DNA of 64,000 nt from an uncultured Nitrososphaeraceae archaeon (GTDB lineage Archaea; Thermoproteota; Nitrososphaeria; Nitrososphaerales; Nitrososphaeraceae), in assembly GCA_963825865.1 (NCBI GenBank), contig CAWGVG010000021.1, positions 64,001-128,000 on the forward strand, given 5' to 3'. Shown piece after piece: positions 45,966 through 57,844 of the stretch. The translations under genes were made by a program, and so were the position numbers. Position 1 is the first letter of the stretch. Every line of letters begins with the position of its first letter. A model generated the notes under the pieces. The model worked only from the letters and a program-made list of their open reading frames with translations, made no database searches and was not told the DNA's origin.

Positions 45966-47146
45966 GACGATTGGACATAAATCCAGCTCTATTTTTTGCA
46001 AATATATATTGATGAATTAGGCTAAAGCTATCCTTTGGATGTCTGAATTTGTGATGACATATAATAAAACATCCTCAAAGGACAGCACATGATAGTTCAG
46101 AATCCATCCTTATTGGTATTCTGTATTTGATAGGCTTGATACCATGGCCAGAATCACAAAAGATGAAAAAAAGAGGTAGACCATACGTCTATTCTTCTAC
46201 TGTCATACTACGATGTTTCATAGTCAGATTGTGGTTTAGAATGGATTCTAACAACGCATTACATGAATTCCTAGGAATGGATTACCCTTACAATAAGAAG
46301 ATAATGAAAAGATGTGGTCTTACCCAAATACCAGATAGACGAACATTTGACAGACGTCTTAAGACCATATCCATAGACATCAAGGAAAGGATTGCTACTA
46401 TGACTAGTCTATTAGTAAATGGGAAGATAATAGACCCTTATATTGTTGCAATAGATAGTACATTGCTCAAAGCCAGAGGACATGTTTGGCACAAATCATC
46501 TATGGATAAAGGAATAGTACCACGTTCAGGTATAGATACAGATGCCAGGTGGGGATTCAGTCATACCAGAGGTTGGATATTTGGTTACAAACTACATTTG
46601 ATATCAAGTACTGGTTCTACCATAGTACCTTTAGCAGCAGATTTTACAACTGCTAATGTACAGGATAATCAAATGTACAATCCTATGATATCATCATCAT
46701 CATCATCTCTGTTCCTAGAAACATGTTTCATGATAGGTGATTCTGGGTATGACGACAATAAACTATATGATTTGAGTACTAAAAGAGGATTTGAACTGGT
46801 ATGTCCAGTACAAAGGTACAAAAAATACTCCAAAGAATAGACTAGAGCTGATACAATTCTATGAATCTGAGTTAGGACAGGCTATTTACTCTTGGAGAAG
46901 TAAATCGATAGAACCACTAATAGAACATATTAAATCTATTTTTAGAATAGACCCATTACCGGTAAGAGGCTATCAGAAGGCTGCTGGAATAGTACTTCTG
47001 TCAGTACTACTGTATCAGATCCTTGTCTACTACAATTATAAAACCAGACCTAGTCAACGACCAAAATCAATCAAACACATGTTATGTAGTTAATGCAGCA
47101 CTAAATGATAGATGAAAAATATAGAAATGAATTATGCCCATGTCTC
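45966..47146 (+). mobile_element. Insertion sequence, second member of the same family, 1181 bp
   Basis: Right TIR GAATTATGCCCATGTCTC, degenerate left TIR GACGATTGGACATAAATCC; 8-bp TSD AATTAAAT at 45958-45965 and 47147-47154. Confidence 0.93.
46127..47093 (+). CDS. DDE transposase (frameshift near 46825)
   Basis: Colinear with 31270-32259. Confidence 0.9.
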
Positions 47147-47649
47147 AATTAAATAAAGAAATAGAAAACCAATTTATGATGATCAAACACTAGGATTATA
47201 AAGCTTTTTAAGTTTAAAAGTCACAACGAATTGTTGAATTACATATATAGAAGAAGTGTGGCGTTGTAAGTCATAATAACTAAGACAAATATACAACTAC
47301 TCAACTCAAAGATATCAAGTGAATATTCCATCCATTGTATCTACATTATTATTTCTATAACTCTATCGGTAGTGAAATATAGGTTTCGTTATTGGGCTGT
47401 TTTATTTGATCCACTTTATTCTAGTCATATGTGAAAAACAAAGTATTAAAGCTGATATTGAAAAAACGCTTTATCCAGCTTGAAAATTACCATTTACAGA
47501 TGTATATTTAGGTTGTTTATTCATAAATCCATTCAGTCACTACCATTTATAATTGTCTATGTAAATAAATCTTATATTATCTTAGATCGCGCTAATTTAT
47601 ATCCCTTTTAATTTAGTATATTATCGTGAGACTGTAACTCATGCTTAGA

Positions 47650-48417
47650 TCATATGTCTGAATCACTTTTGATTGATTTAATCTGATCTAAGCCGTCTAA
47701 AAGTTTCCTTTGAGTTAGTCCAATGTTATCATTATTATGGGGATAATCCAGAATTTTTCGTATTTTTTCTGCACGTGCAGTCCCAAAACCAGGGATCCTT
47801 GCAAGTTCTGCAACAGATGCATTTAGTGCACTCTTGGGTGTGCGAAATTTCTGAAGCATTCTTACTGCAAGTTTGTCTCCTATACCGGGCAATGAAGAGA
47901 GGATTGACAGTTGTTGTGTGTATAATAGGTTTCCTTTCTTTATCCTCTTTAACAAAGGACCATTACTTCGTCCTTCTTGAAGTGATTTATTTACTATGGT
48001 GACAAGCAATTGTGATGTATATTCTGCAGATGGGGTGTGTATTGTTGGAATTCTGAAATCTAATGCTACTGCTGCAAGTGCATTATATGTTAAAGGCACT
48101 CTTTCTATTAATATTCTTAATTGATCATCATCTATTTCTGGAGGAGGAACGTCAAGAAGATCTAGAATATTTCCCTCAATAATTACTATAGGTTTGGAAT
48201 AGTGCTGAGCAAGTTCTGAACATTGCACAAATAATCTTCCATCGTAAATCGAGTTGATAAGATCACGTATGGTTTTTCTTTCTATTGCAGTTTCCGGAGA
48301 GACGATATAATCGCCAACTTTAAGTTGTGCAAAATCGATTATTGCACCTGCTTGACGTAGTAGATCAGGAATTCTACTATTTCGCTCTCTTTCGTCAACT
48401 ACAATCCTAACAGGCAC
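47650..48417 (-). CDS. xpf: Short XPF/ERCC4 nuclease with HhH2
   Basis: VDERE, GDYIV, ERKT..DL..SI.DGRLF.Q, two HhH motifs. Confidence 0.92.
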   Translation of the reverse strand: MPVRIVVDERERNSRIPDLLRQAGAIIDFAQLKVGDYIVSPETAIERKTIRDLINSIYDGRLFVQCSELAQHYSKPIVIIEGNILDLLDVPPPEIDDDQLRILIERVPLTYNALAAVALDFRIPTIHTPSAEYTSQLLVTIVNKSLQEGRSNGPLLKRIKKGNLLYTQQLSILSSLPGIGDKLAVRMLQKFRTPKSALNASVAELARIPGFGTARAEKIRKILDYPHNNDNIGLTQRKLLDGLDQIKSIKSDSDI

Positions 48418-48763
48418 GTATTAATTTAATCAGGGGGCTGTTAATACGTATTATCTACCTTTCCTATTTTTCTCCATTATATCTCTGCTAATTAAATCTG
48501 AATGTATACTGTTTTTTATTATGTCTAATATTCAGCCGGGTCGTCTACTCTTAACTACTATTGGCATATATATCATCTTTCTTAATCCTTTTCAGATTAT
48601 CAAACACACGATTGCATTAATCATAGTCTACTACAAAGCCTATGTATACATATATGCACAAGCCATTCATTCCTTTTCTATTGTTTACTTGAAACAGCAG
48701 AGCCTTTAATAACCAAAACTAGAGCTTTGGCCTTATATGAAATTTTTATACTTTTATATTCTG

Positions 48764-49162
48764 TCATTCTCCTTTTGGTTTTGAACTTTGTGGAGAGCCA
48801 ACAGCGCTACCTTGTGCCCCTCGAATCATTTGGTTAATTTTATTTTCAACTTCTTTTAGGTTATCTTTTACTCTTGTTTCTTGTTTTGCAAGAACCATAA
48901 CCCTGGTGTTTGATAATTCTTTCTTTTCCTCCAGTTCCTTTGTGACATCTTCTCTCTTTGCCTTGATTAATAGAGGACCAGCACTTTTATAGAGGACATC
49001 ATCTGCTCCTATCTTCTTTATCTCTTCTAATGCTTTGTCGATTTCGACAACTTCTAATTCCACTTGTTGTTTTTGCATCATTATTGCCTGTAAATTCTGC
49101 TGAAGCTGTTGTAAACGTGATACTTGCTCTCTAAGCCATGGAGGAAGTTCTTGTTCACTCAT
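48764..49162 (-). CDS. pfdB: Prefoldin beta subunit
   Basis: LPPWLREQ...QQLQQ, LYKSAGPLLIK. Confidence 0.93.
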   Translation of the reverse strand: MSEQELPPWLREQVSRLQQLQQNLQAIMMQKQQVELEVVEIDKALEEIKKIGADDVLYKSAGPLLIKAKREDVTKELEEKKELSNTRVMVLAKQETRVKDNLKEVENKINQMIRGAQGSAVGSPQSSKPKGE

Positions 49163-49205
49163 AATAATATATTATGATGCGAATCACCAGCATAAAATCA
49201 TACCG

Positions 49206-49472
49206 TTAATTGGTTATACTTTTGTAGGAGGCATTAGCCAACCTTAAATAAGAATTGATAATTGCACGTAGACTTGGAACATCATTAGTCTCAATTTCTA
49301 TATGTAAACTAGAGTTATAAACACAAGCTCCTGTTTTGACTCCTGGATCAGGGGAAGACTTAATATCAGGATTTAACGCAGAATAAATAGATTTTACAAT
49401 AAGGTTAGATTTAGAGGTTGATGTTTTAAAAGAAATTTGTATTTTAGCTTTGCAGTTTTTCGATGTTGACAT
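49206..49472 (-). CDS. pcc1: KEOPS complex subunit Pcc1
   Basis: IYSALNPD...LRAIINSYLRL; position in exosome superoperon. Confidence 0.82.
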   Translation of the reverse strand: MSTSKNCKAKIQISFKTSTSKSNLIVKSIYSALNPDIKSSPDPGVKTGACVYNSSLHIEIETNDVPSLRAIINSYLRLANASYKSITN

Positions 49473-49685
49473 CGTACACCCCAGCTGCCAACTTTGTAAT
49501 TGCATTTTGGACAATACCATATACCTGATGCAATTCTATTGAATTGCCGTGAACCACATAATGGACATCTTCTTTTTTAGCTTCAATGTACGGTATACCT
49601 TTCCATATCTTTTGCGTACAGTGGCTCCAAATTTTACACCTAAACCTTTGAGTCCTATAGGACCCTGTTTTCTTCTACTGACCAG
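49444..49685 (-). CDS. rpl37ae: 50S ribosomal protein L37Ae (frameshifted, absent from ORF track)
   Basis: KGLGVKFGATVRKRY, CPYCG...RIASGIWYCPKC. Confidence 0.85.
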
Positions 49686-50502
49686 TCTTTAGCAACTCCT
49701 TTAATTTGATTCGTATTTCCTCTCCTTTAACTTTTGCTATCTCTGCTGCTCTCTTTATCTGTTCAATAGTAAAAGATCCCGTAGATCCCTTTTGTATTGC
49801 AGTATAGTCACCATTTGAATTTGTCGTTACGGTAATTCTTGCGTCCATACATGCTTCTTCTTCAGCAGAGGGATCTAATATTACCACGTCACCAATCCTG
49901 ACTGCCGTAATTGATATGGGTATTGTGTTAATTGGGGGGTCTCGCTCATTTCCAGTATCAACTACCTTATCGTCTTGCATTTCAAAAACAGGAAGTTTAG
50001 TGCTTACTAATGCTGAAACCACTGCATAGGATGTAGCATCAAAAAGATTACCGTCGGTATTGATAACACTACAATCAACAAAGATTGTATAGACTGTCTT
50101 GCCTGGAACTAAGACTAATTTGTCAAGGTCTATCATCTCCGATTCTCTTACACCCCTGTCTACTACCCTTGCTAGTTCAACTGTTTCTTCATCTGGAGGA
50201 CCAGGTTCACTATATGGTGATGCAGTAGGAAGCACTTCCGCAGATAAGATTAATGCACCCTTATTTTCCAGTCCTTCGAATGGCTCACCTGTCTCGACCT
50301 TTACTCCTGCAACTACTTCTGAGTTGCCTAATTTTACCCTTGCAGAGCCATTTGCTTTTTTTATAATATCTATTTCAATTTCAAGTGGCCTTATCTCATT
50401 TAGATTTCTCCCATCAAGTCTTTTTCCCTTTGAAATTGCGTCCCACATTTGCTGTTTGCGCAAATGTTCGACTATTATTGTTGAGCGTTTTGATGAACTC
50501 AT
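49675..50502 (-). CDS. rrp42: Exosome subunit Rrp42
   Basis: RLDGR, ANGSARVKLG, ELARVVDRGVRES, DGNLFD. Confidence 0.95.
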   Translation of the reverse strand: MSSSKRSTIIVEHLRKQQMWDAISKGKRLDGRNLNEIRPLEIEIDIIKKANGSARVKLGNSEVVAGVKVETGEPFEGLENKGALILSAEVLPTASPYSEPGPPDEETVELARVVDRGVRESEMIDLDKLVLVPGKTVYTIFVDCSVINTDGNLFDATSYAVVSALVSTKLPVFEMQDDKVVDTGNERDPPINTIPISITAVRIGDVVILDPSAEEEACMDARITVTTNSNGDYTAIQKGSTGSFTIEQIKRAAEIAKVKGEEIRIKLKELLKTGQ

Positions 50503-51242
50503 TGTTCTTCTTTCAACTCCGTTTCATTACCAAAGTACTTTTGCATTAGTGCCTGTTTTTGAATTTCATAAACCATGTTGCAACCACTTAATGCCTTATC
50601 CACGCATTCATTGAACTGCTCTGAGGTTAATATACCATCAAGTTGTAATAATGTTACTTGTTCAAGATGTGGCATATATGCAACTGGCATATCTGCTCCA
50701 CCTTCCTTATCTTCTATATCATTAATATCAAGAACAATTTTGTTGTCGACTTTACCTGCTGCACATGCGGATACAATGTCACGCATATTAATCCCCGCAT
50801 CGGCCAATGCTATAGATGCAGCTGCAATGCCAGCACACCTTGAACCACCATCCGCTTGCAATACCTCAACAAATACATCTATTGCAGCACGTGGATAATC
50901 TTCTAATATCAAGGCTGGTTCCAATGCTTCTCTCATTACCTTTGAAATTTCAACTTCCCTTCTTGATGGAGCAGGATTTTTGCGAGTATCGGTAGAGAAT
51001 GGAGACATATGGTATCTACATCTTAAAACGCATCGATCAGGAAGTGCCATGTGCTTTGGATGAACTTCTCTTGGACCATAGACAGCTACTATGATTTTGT
51101 TCTTGCCAAATTCTATGAATGCAGAGCCATCCGCATTTTTCACTACTCCAACAGTTATCTTGACTTCACGCAATTCATCTGCGGTGCGACCATCAGTCCG
51201 CTTTCCGTTTTCATCAATTAGATTTCTTGTTTGGTTGATCAT
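50499..51242 (-). CDS. rrp41: Exosome subunit Rrp41
   Basis: RTDGR, GPREVHP, LQADGGSR, EDKEGGADMP. Confidence 0.96.
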   Translation of the reverse strand: MINQTRNLIDENGKRTDGRTADELREVKITVGVVKNADGSAFIEFGKNKIIVAVYGPREVHPKHMALPDRCVLRCRYHMSPFSTDTRKNPAPSRREVEISKVMREALEPALILEDYPRAAIDVFVEVLQADGGSRCAGIAAASIALADAGINMRDIVSACAAGKVDNKIVLDINDIEDKEGGADMPVAYMPHLEQVTLLQLDGILTSEQFNECVDKALSGCNMVYEIQKQALMQKYFGNETELKEEQ

Positions 51243-52030
51243 GTTTGTTCACCTTCTTCTAACTCTTCTTCTACATCTTCGATAGCCGATTGGATCTCTT
51301 CGCCCTTTTGGCCATTTTGAGCCTGAGTTGCTGAGGTTCCTTCTGCTTGTGGAGAATCTGGTACATTCAGTAAGACCTTCACTCTTTGTGTCAAATTCGC
51401 TGTATGAGCTTCTTCTTCAACCATCCTAATTGCTCTCATGGCTAGTTTTATTCCTTCCGGATTTCTTCCCATAACAACGACGATTCCGTTTTGACCAATT
51501 AAAACTCTTGTTTGTGTTGCCTGCTCAATTGTTTGTATCATGGAACCACGCTTTCCAATAAGCCGTGGAACCCGGGTTGCAGAAATTTTTAACAATTCTC
51601 CGCGAGGTATTTTGCCTAAATCTTTGTCTTGGATCGTTAGCATCGGATCTCTCGTTCTGTCAAATGCAATAATTCTTGCAGCAATTAAATCTCCTATTGC
51701 CAGTTGTCTGCCCATATCGTCTCTAGCTGGAGAAAAGTCTCTTCCAAATACATCTTGTGCAGGTAAATGGGCCGAGAAGCAGGAGTTGACGTCTACTTCC
51801 CATGAGAGTGAAGAATGATCTATAATCTTGCCTATTACAATATCATTTACTCGAGGAATGTAAACACCTGACAATGGTATAACTTTGACACCATCTCTTC
51901 CCGTTTCTGCAATTCCAATTCTTGTAGCAATAATAGAATTGTCTGTTTTAATTACATTCATTAGGGGCCTAAAATTCCCTTCTACGATCTTATCACCGGG
52001 AATGACATACTTTCTTTTAATTTCTTGCAT
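51239..52030 (-). CDS. rrp4: Exosome subunit Rrp4
   Basis: S1 plus KH (VPRLIGKRGSM), AHTANLT. Confidence 0.95.
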   Translation of the reverse strand: MQEIKRKYVIPGDKIVEGNFRPLMNVIKTDNSIIATRIGIAETGRDGVKVIPLSGVYIPRVNDIVIGKIIDHSSLSWEVDVNSCFSAHLPAQDVFGRDFSPARDDMGRQLAIGDLIAARIIAFDRTRDPMLTIQDKDLGKIPRGELLKISATRVPRLIGKRGSMIQTIEQATQTRVLIGQNGIVVVMGRNPEGIKLAMRAIRMVEEEAHTANLTQRVKVLLNVPDSPQAEGTSATQAQNGQKGEEIQSAIEDVEEELEEGEQT

Positions 52031-52155
52031 GTCGTTAACAAGTCATCCTCCGGGCAAAAACAGCCTTATTATGTAAAAGGATTCTTTCCATTTTTTTCTA
52101 CACTTTGGGTCAGTAAGATCAGCCTTATATTTTAAGTGTTGAAGAGAGAGATCTT

Positions 52156-52845
52156 TTATTGTTCTATTACCTGAGCAGAGCCCTTTGTTATAGATCCTAT
52201 CCTGTCTAGGAAGGTGCCTTTAATCCCAGCATTTATTTCTACTACAACCCTTAAAGAACCATCTGTAAGCCATTGTTCACCATTAAAATTCCCCACAGTT
52301 TTCAATACGCTGTAAGATTGAGCTGAAAATTGGGGTGGAACAGTTACCGTTAATCGCAAGGTTTCTGATTTTAGAGGTAAAATCTTTCTAAGCGAATCAA
52401 TTATGGTCTTAGCCTGATCTTCAGCTCTTTTGGAAGGGTCAATAATAACTCTCGCTTCATCCATTGCACTCTCAATTCTCAAAGGTGGATGTGGGACGTG
52501 TGTTTTGGGATCTACAAAACTTTTATTAATATACTGAATAATTTGTTTTTTCTTCTCTTCTACCATTTTTCGACGTTGGTCTGTTGTCAGACTAAGTTCG
52601 CCTCGAGAAAGTATTTGTTTGGCAACTTCTGTCGGGTCTGTTGTCTTGAAATATTTTATTAGTTTTTCATTAGCGGCCCTTGAACCTTTATTTGCATCAG
52701 AATAAATCTCATCAGAAACTAGGATGCCCGATAAGTCAGTTCTTTTGCCCAGTTTGTATTCTAAGGCAGGATTGGGTTTTACTAAAATTTCGAACTTGTT
52801 GCCATCTAGACTTAGACGAACAATAGTAGGCTTAGTATCTGCCAT
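52156..52845 (-). CDS. Ribosome maturation factor SBDS
   Basis: KFEILV, GELSLTTDQRR, DPKTHVPHPP.RIE. Confidence 0.95.
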   Translation of the reverse strand: MADTKPTIVRLSLDGNKFEILVKPNPALEYKLGKRTDLSGILVSDEIYSDANKGSRAANEKLIKYFKTTDPTEVAKQILSRGELSLTTDQRRKMVEEKKKQIIQYINKSFVDPKTHVPHPPLRIESAMDEARVIIDPSKRAEDQAKTIIDSLRKILPLKSETLRLTVTVPPQFSAQSYSVLKTVGNFNGEQWLTDGSLRVVVEINAGIKGTFLDRIGSITKGSAQVIEQ

Positions 52846-53261
52846 TAATCTGTAGAATAATCTCTCCTCAGCAATATATATGCATGTTAGTGCTTAAATC
52901 TCAAAACTTTTCTTAATTTATGACGAGTCAGGGATTCATGAAGATTGGCAGTCTCGAGTGACTCAAAGTATAGATCACATCTAAAACACTTCCAAACTCT
53001 ATCGTCTATCTGAGCCATCTATGAGAGTAGTCTGTTTTAGAATTATTTATATTTGGCTAATTTTTATCCTTTGAGTTTGTGTTTTATGCACCTACCCAAA
53101 CCTAGAACGATGGCTATGGGAATTTTGGAAATACTCGAACTTTAGATATCCTTTTTTTACTTGAGAATAGAGGATTATGTACATCATCCATAAATCCATA
53201 GTTATTTACCAAAGGCAACAATGGATGAGATTACAGGTTTTCTTACTCTGTTTTTTGTAAT

Positions 53262-54052
53262 TCACATAAAATACCCACTATGTCTTGATACGCCAATCAT
53301 TCTACCGCTTTCCTTATCCCTTACTATAGTAGAGTTTTTTGGAACAAAGCCATCTGGTTTAACAAGATAAGATGTGTTATAGATGTTAGTCAAAACGTAT
53401 TCATATCGCCATAGGAGGTATTTCTCCTGCTCGCTCATTAAACTCCTGAGGGACACATTGGGTTCAGTATATCCGCCAGCAAGTGCACATTATGGTACCA
53501 TTTTTCATAGTCTGTCCATAATGAATACAAAGGTTCAGGCCTGTTTTTGACATAGAGTAGAGTGGGTTTATATGCAATTATCATGCTCAGTGCAACCATT
53601 GCAATTCCAAGGAAGAAATAACTTTCCGTAGCCATCGATATGATCTGTTGATCAATCAATACTCTTATTCCCTTGAAGTAACTTTCAGTAGGTAGAGTGA
53701 GCGCATAGGATGGGATAACAATTCCGCCGTATATCAAGGTAATACCAAGGCTACCTATGACTATAGGTACCATGCCCTTCCAAATTATTGAAAGAAACGT
53801 TAAAGAAATTAACACAATAGTGATAACCTGAATGATTCTCGCAGGAACTGAATTCAACGAGATTTGTATTGTGGTAGTAAAAAGGTGAAGGGCAAATAGA
53901 AGTATAATGCTGATCACGCTCAGCGATACAAGTGCAGATCTATTTCTGTGAAACCATTGGTAGGCAGACAAATAACTACCGTATCCTTTATCCTCCTTGT
54001 GTGATGAAGGAAATCCTGACCTCATATATGTGTGATACAGAGTCGTAGGCAT
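53262..54052 (-). CDS. Hypothetical membrane protein (frameshift near 53460)
   Basis: About four TM segments; ORF 53262-53456 is the likely C-terminus. Confidence 0.65.
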
Positions 54053-54812
54053 TAAGTTTTCTTAAATGTGGTAAGTGTACTAAATATAATGTAGTTCACT
54101 TCATCTTTCATCTTATAGAGGGTTAGGAAAAAGTGCGGTCAGTTTCAGCATGAACGACCTTTTTACGGATTCTCCATAAAAACAGGCCTTACATATACAA
54201 TACTCATTTTCTTTTAATGGCAGACCAATTGCTAAGCACTGCTCAAATACCTAAATTAATGTCAAAAGGAAGTAAGGCACAGATACACAAACTTTCAGCA
54301 ACATGAGGGGGTTCACTAGAATGTGTCATAGATATGTATTTATGTTCTACATTTCTTTCAGTCTTTGATTTACTACTAAATACTTTTACATCCCTTATTC
54401 GATTGGAATGAATAAAATTAGAACTATTTTATAGTCATATTTGATTATACAGTGTTGCACTTTTATTATATTATTTTATAAAGAACCAAGATATCAATAA
54501 TAAAGAATGATTTTCGGAAAACATAAGTGGGGTATGTTCAATATGCGGACAGGGTGTTACGAGAAAAAGTAGTGCTATCAGACACAATGATAACCTTCAC
54601 CATGTAGATACCAAGATTGTTTGACCATATGATTATATGATTGGAAGGTTAAATGGTGAATTCCCTCCACCAATTGATCCTTTGCTATACAGACAAAATA
54701 AGAAAGGTAAGAAGGATACTTTGGATCCCATTTATTATCATGATGGCGATGATGATAATAATAATACCAAAAAAATAAGCAAGGTTGCATCTGTATGCAG
54801 AGGTACCACTTA

Positions 54813-54963
54813 TTAACTTGTTTCTGAAGACTTGGACTTGTTCCCCTCTGCTGGGGACTTAAAGCCTAGCGAATACCTTTTTGCCCTTGCTGTAAACAGA
54901 ACTGCGGTAAACGCTTGCGAAGACACCTGCCGTTACAGCAAACATGAATACTTGATCAGCCAT
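54813..54963 (-). CDS. About 49-aa single-TM microprotein (probable 1-nt frameshift)
   Basis: MADQVFMFAVTAGVFA/AFTAVLFTARAKRYSLGFKSPAEGNKSKSSETS*. Confidence 0.45.
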
Positions 54964-55253
54964 ACGTGTAATGCATAATTGACAAAGATAAAGTTATCTT
55001 CAAGCCTAATCTTATCGCATTTTCACATTGGATAATATCTACAAACGTTTATAATACTAATACAAAATAACCTTTGATATTATATTCATAAAATCTGATT
55101 CTTAATAATACAAGTTTATTTCGATAATTTTATTCTATATTATATCATTTTTCATATAACATGGCGTAGACAATCCAATAAATCAATAAATCAATAAATT
55201 TGTGATATCCTCTTGATAAGAAGTCAAATCTTTAGTTTTATATAAATATAACT

Positions 55254-55338
55254 ATAGCAATATCAATGCGAGTGTTGACTCTTACATTGACAACTATGAA
55301 CAGGGTTTATACAAAGTCAAGCACTCTAATATTGCTAT
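55254..55338. other. Long nested inverted repeat downstream of amt
   Basis: ATAGCAATAT/ATATTGCTAT outer stem, GAGTGTTGACT/AGTCAAGCACTC inner stem. Confidence 0.65.
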
Positions 55339-55422
55339 TCATTAAATATTTGTATTAATAATTGTCGGCATAAAATGCTTAAAAGCCCATAAAAAATAAC
55401 AAAAAGGAGAGGAATATTTTAT

Positions 55423-56905
55423 CTATTCAGTTACATATGCTCGTTCTCCGTGCTGAGCCAAGTCGAGTCCAATTTCTTCTTCCTTTGGAGAAACCCTAAT
55501 TCCCTGAGGCCAAACTAAATCCATGACCTTGATAATTACAGCAGTAATACCCATTGCCCACGCCAGCGAAGCAAACGCTCCTATTGCATTGTTCACAAAT
55601 TGTTGTGGGTTTCCAAATGCAAGTCCATCTGCAACAGGAGTAAATCTCTTCTCGGCAAATGTTCCAGTCAACAGTGCTCCTACTAGACCTCCGACACCAT
55701 GTACTCCCCAGGTATCAAGTGCATCGTCCCATTTGCGTCTGCTCTTGAACATTACTGCACCATAGCAAAAGACCGAAGCAGCAATACCGATAATTATCGC
55801 CGACATTGGAGATACAAATCCTGATGCCGGTGTGATTGCTACTAGGCCAGCTACTGCACCAGATGCTGCACCTACTGTAGAAGGCCTTCCTGTGTGAGCC
55901 CATGGAATCAGTGCCCAAGTTACTGCTGCCATTGCTGTAGCAACCTGAGTTGCAACGAATGCACTTGTTGCGTTTAATCGAGCTGCCACCTGCAGAGCCA
56001 GCATTGAAACCAAACCATCCTGTCCATAGTAATGCTCCTCCTAAAACTATAAGTGATATATTGTGTGGTTCCATTGGTATCTTTCCATATCCAAGTCTAC
56101 GTCCAAGCATTAGTGCTATTACTAATCCTGACCAACCTGATGTGATATGGATTACAGTTCCACCTGCAAAGTCAAGTGATGGAAGTGCGCCCGTCCAGCC
56201 AACGTGTGTACCACCAAATCCAAGTGACCAAGTCCAGTGAGCACAGAAGTCATATACAAATGTCGCCCAGAGTACCATAAAGATCACAAATACGCTAAAT
56301 TTCATCCGCTCTGCTAATGCCGCCACAATGAGAGCCGGCGTAATGATAGCGAACATCATTTGGAATGCCATGTATGTCATGTGAGGAATTGTTGGACCAC
56401 CTAATCCACCATATACATCTGATGGTACGTCGTGAAGTACATTATTTAGACCAGCCCAGTCAAGCGTGCCTATAAATCCATTTCCAGTTGCATCTGGCCC
56501 AAATGCCAGACTATACCCCCAAAGTACCCATTGAATTCCTATTATTCCTGTTGTTATGAAAACCATATGAAGTGTGTTTACTGCATTCTTTTGTCTTGAA
56601 AGACCGCTATAGAAAATTGCTAATCCGCCAGGAGTCATCATCAAAACAAGCGCTGCAGATGTCAACATCCACGCATTATCACCCGTATCTATTGGACATG
56701 GTGTAAGGAGACCAGTGGTTTTATTGACGGCGAGATTTCCATCTTTATCTTTTTGAAAACAACTAAACTTTACAGCAGGGTTGTCTTTTGTGTAATTATT
56801 CGGGCCTGCGGCAAAGGCATTACTCAAGAAACTGAAGGAAAGTAGTATGGCCAATATAACAGCTAGACCCCCTATAATCAGATTTCTGCTCTGTAATCCA
56901 AACAT
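55423..56905 (-). CDS. amt: Ammonium transporter (frameshift near 55980)
   Basis: DTGDNAWML, FQMMFAIIT, DFAGGTVIH, GWFGFNAGS, DDALDTWGVHG, EEEIGLD. Confidence 0.97.
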
Positions 56906-56981
56906 TATTACAAACTCCTCTGGGAGATATATAAAAAATATTATATGCAACCAAATGAATATTGTGAAATAATAAAATAAG

Positions 56982-57074
56982 TTGATTTTTGCGATATTAT
57001 CTTAAAGTTTAAATTTTATGATAATTAATTTGAAACACTAGTATACAAATAACTTGATTTTTGCGACATTATCT
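56982..57074. promoter_or_regulatory. 21-bp direct repeat pair in the divergent amt/rpoD promoter region
   Basis: TTGATTTTTGCGA(T/C)ATTATCT at 56982 and 57054. Confidence 0.7.
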
Positions 57075-57140
57075 GACAGTTTTTTACAAGTTTTCGATAG
57101 ATTTTTAAGGACGCATTAGGAAAAATCTTTGAATTAAAGT

Positions 57141-57797
57141 TTGGCTTCTTTATCCATAGATATTCTTGAAAAAGAAGATGAGAGGGTTATTGTTAAATTT
57201 AATAATGCTCCAAGACAATATGTAAACGCCCTTAGAAGACTATCGATAAGCGAGGTTCCAACTTTAGCAATAGATGATGTTATAATCCTAGAAAACTCCT
57301 CTGTTATGCATGATGAAGCAATTGCTCATAGACTAGGCCTCATCCCACTAAGAACAGATCTTGATAGATTTGTGATGCCACATGATTGCGACTGTAAAAG
57401 TACTTTGGGATGTTCAAAATGCAGGGTATTGTTGGTATTAGATTCTGAAGCAAATGAAAAAACTAAAGTTGTAACTTCAGGTGAGCTTTTGTCTGAAGAT
57501 GAGCTTGTAAAGCCAGTTAGTAGGGATATTCCAATTATTATTCTCGCTCCAAGTCAGAAGCTAAAATTTGAAGCATATGCAAGATTAGGAGTTGGAAAGG
57601 ATCATGCAAAATGGCAACCAACTTCAGCAGCCATTGTTAAAGACGGAAAGGATGAAAATGAATCTATTCTTATTATTGAAACAAACGGCGCATTAACCGC
57701 AGAAGAAGTAATAATGGCAGCTATTGAGAAACTAAATTCAAAAATAAAGAATTTTAATCAGGTCATTCAATCGCTTGAAATACCGACTAATGCTTAG
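57141..57797 (+). CDS. rpoD: RNA polymerase subunit D (Rpo3)
   Basis: NALRR..ISEVP..AID, DEAIAHRLGLIP, HAKWQP. Confidence 0.96.
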   Translation: MASLSIDILEKEDERVIVKFNNAPRQYVNALRRLSISEVPTLAIDDVIILENSSVMHDEAIAHRLGLIPLRTDLDRFVMPHDCDCKSTLGCSKCRVLLVLDSEANEKTKVVTSGELLSEDELVKPVSRDIPIIILAPSQKLKFEAYARLGVGKDHAKWQPTSAAIVKDGKDENESILIIETNGALTAEEVIMAAIEKLNSKIKNFNQVIQSLEIPTNA

Positions 57798-57844
57798 GTA
57801 GATTTATTTGGGATTTAAGTTAATGGACTGGATAGATTAATAGT

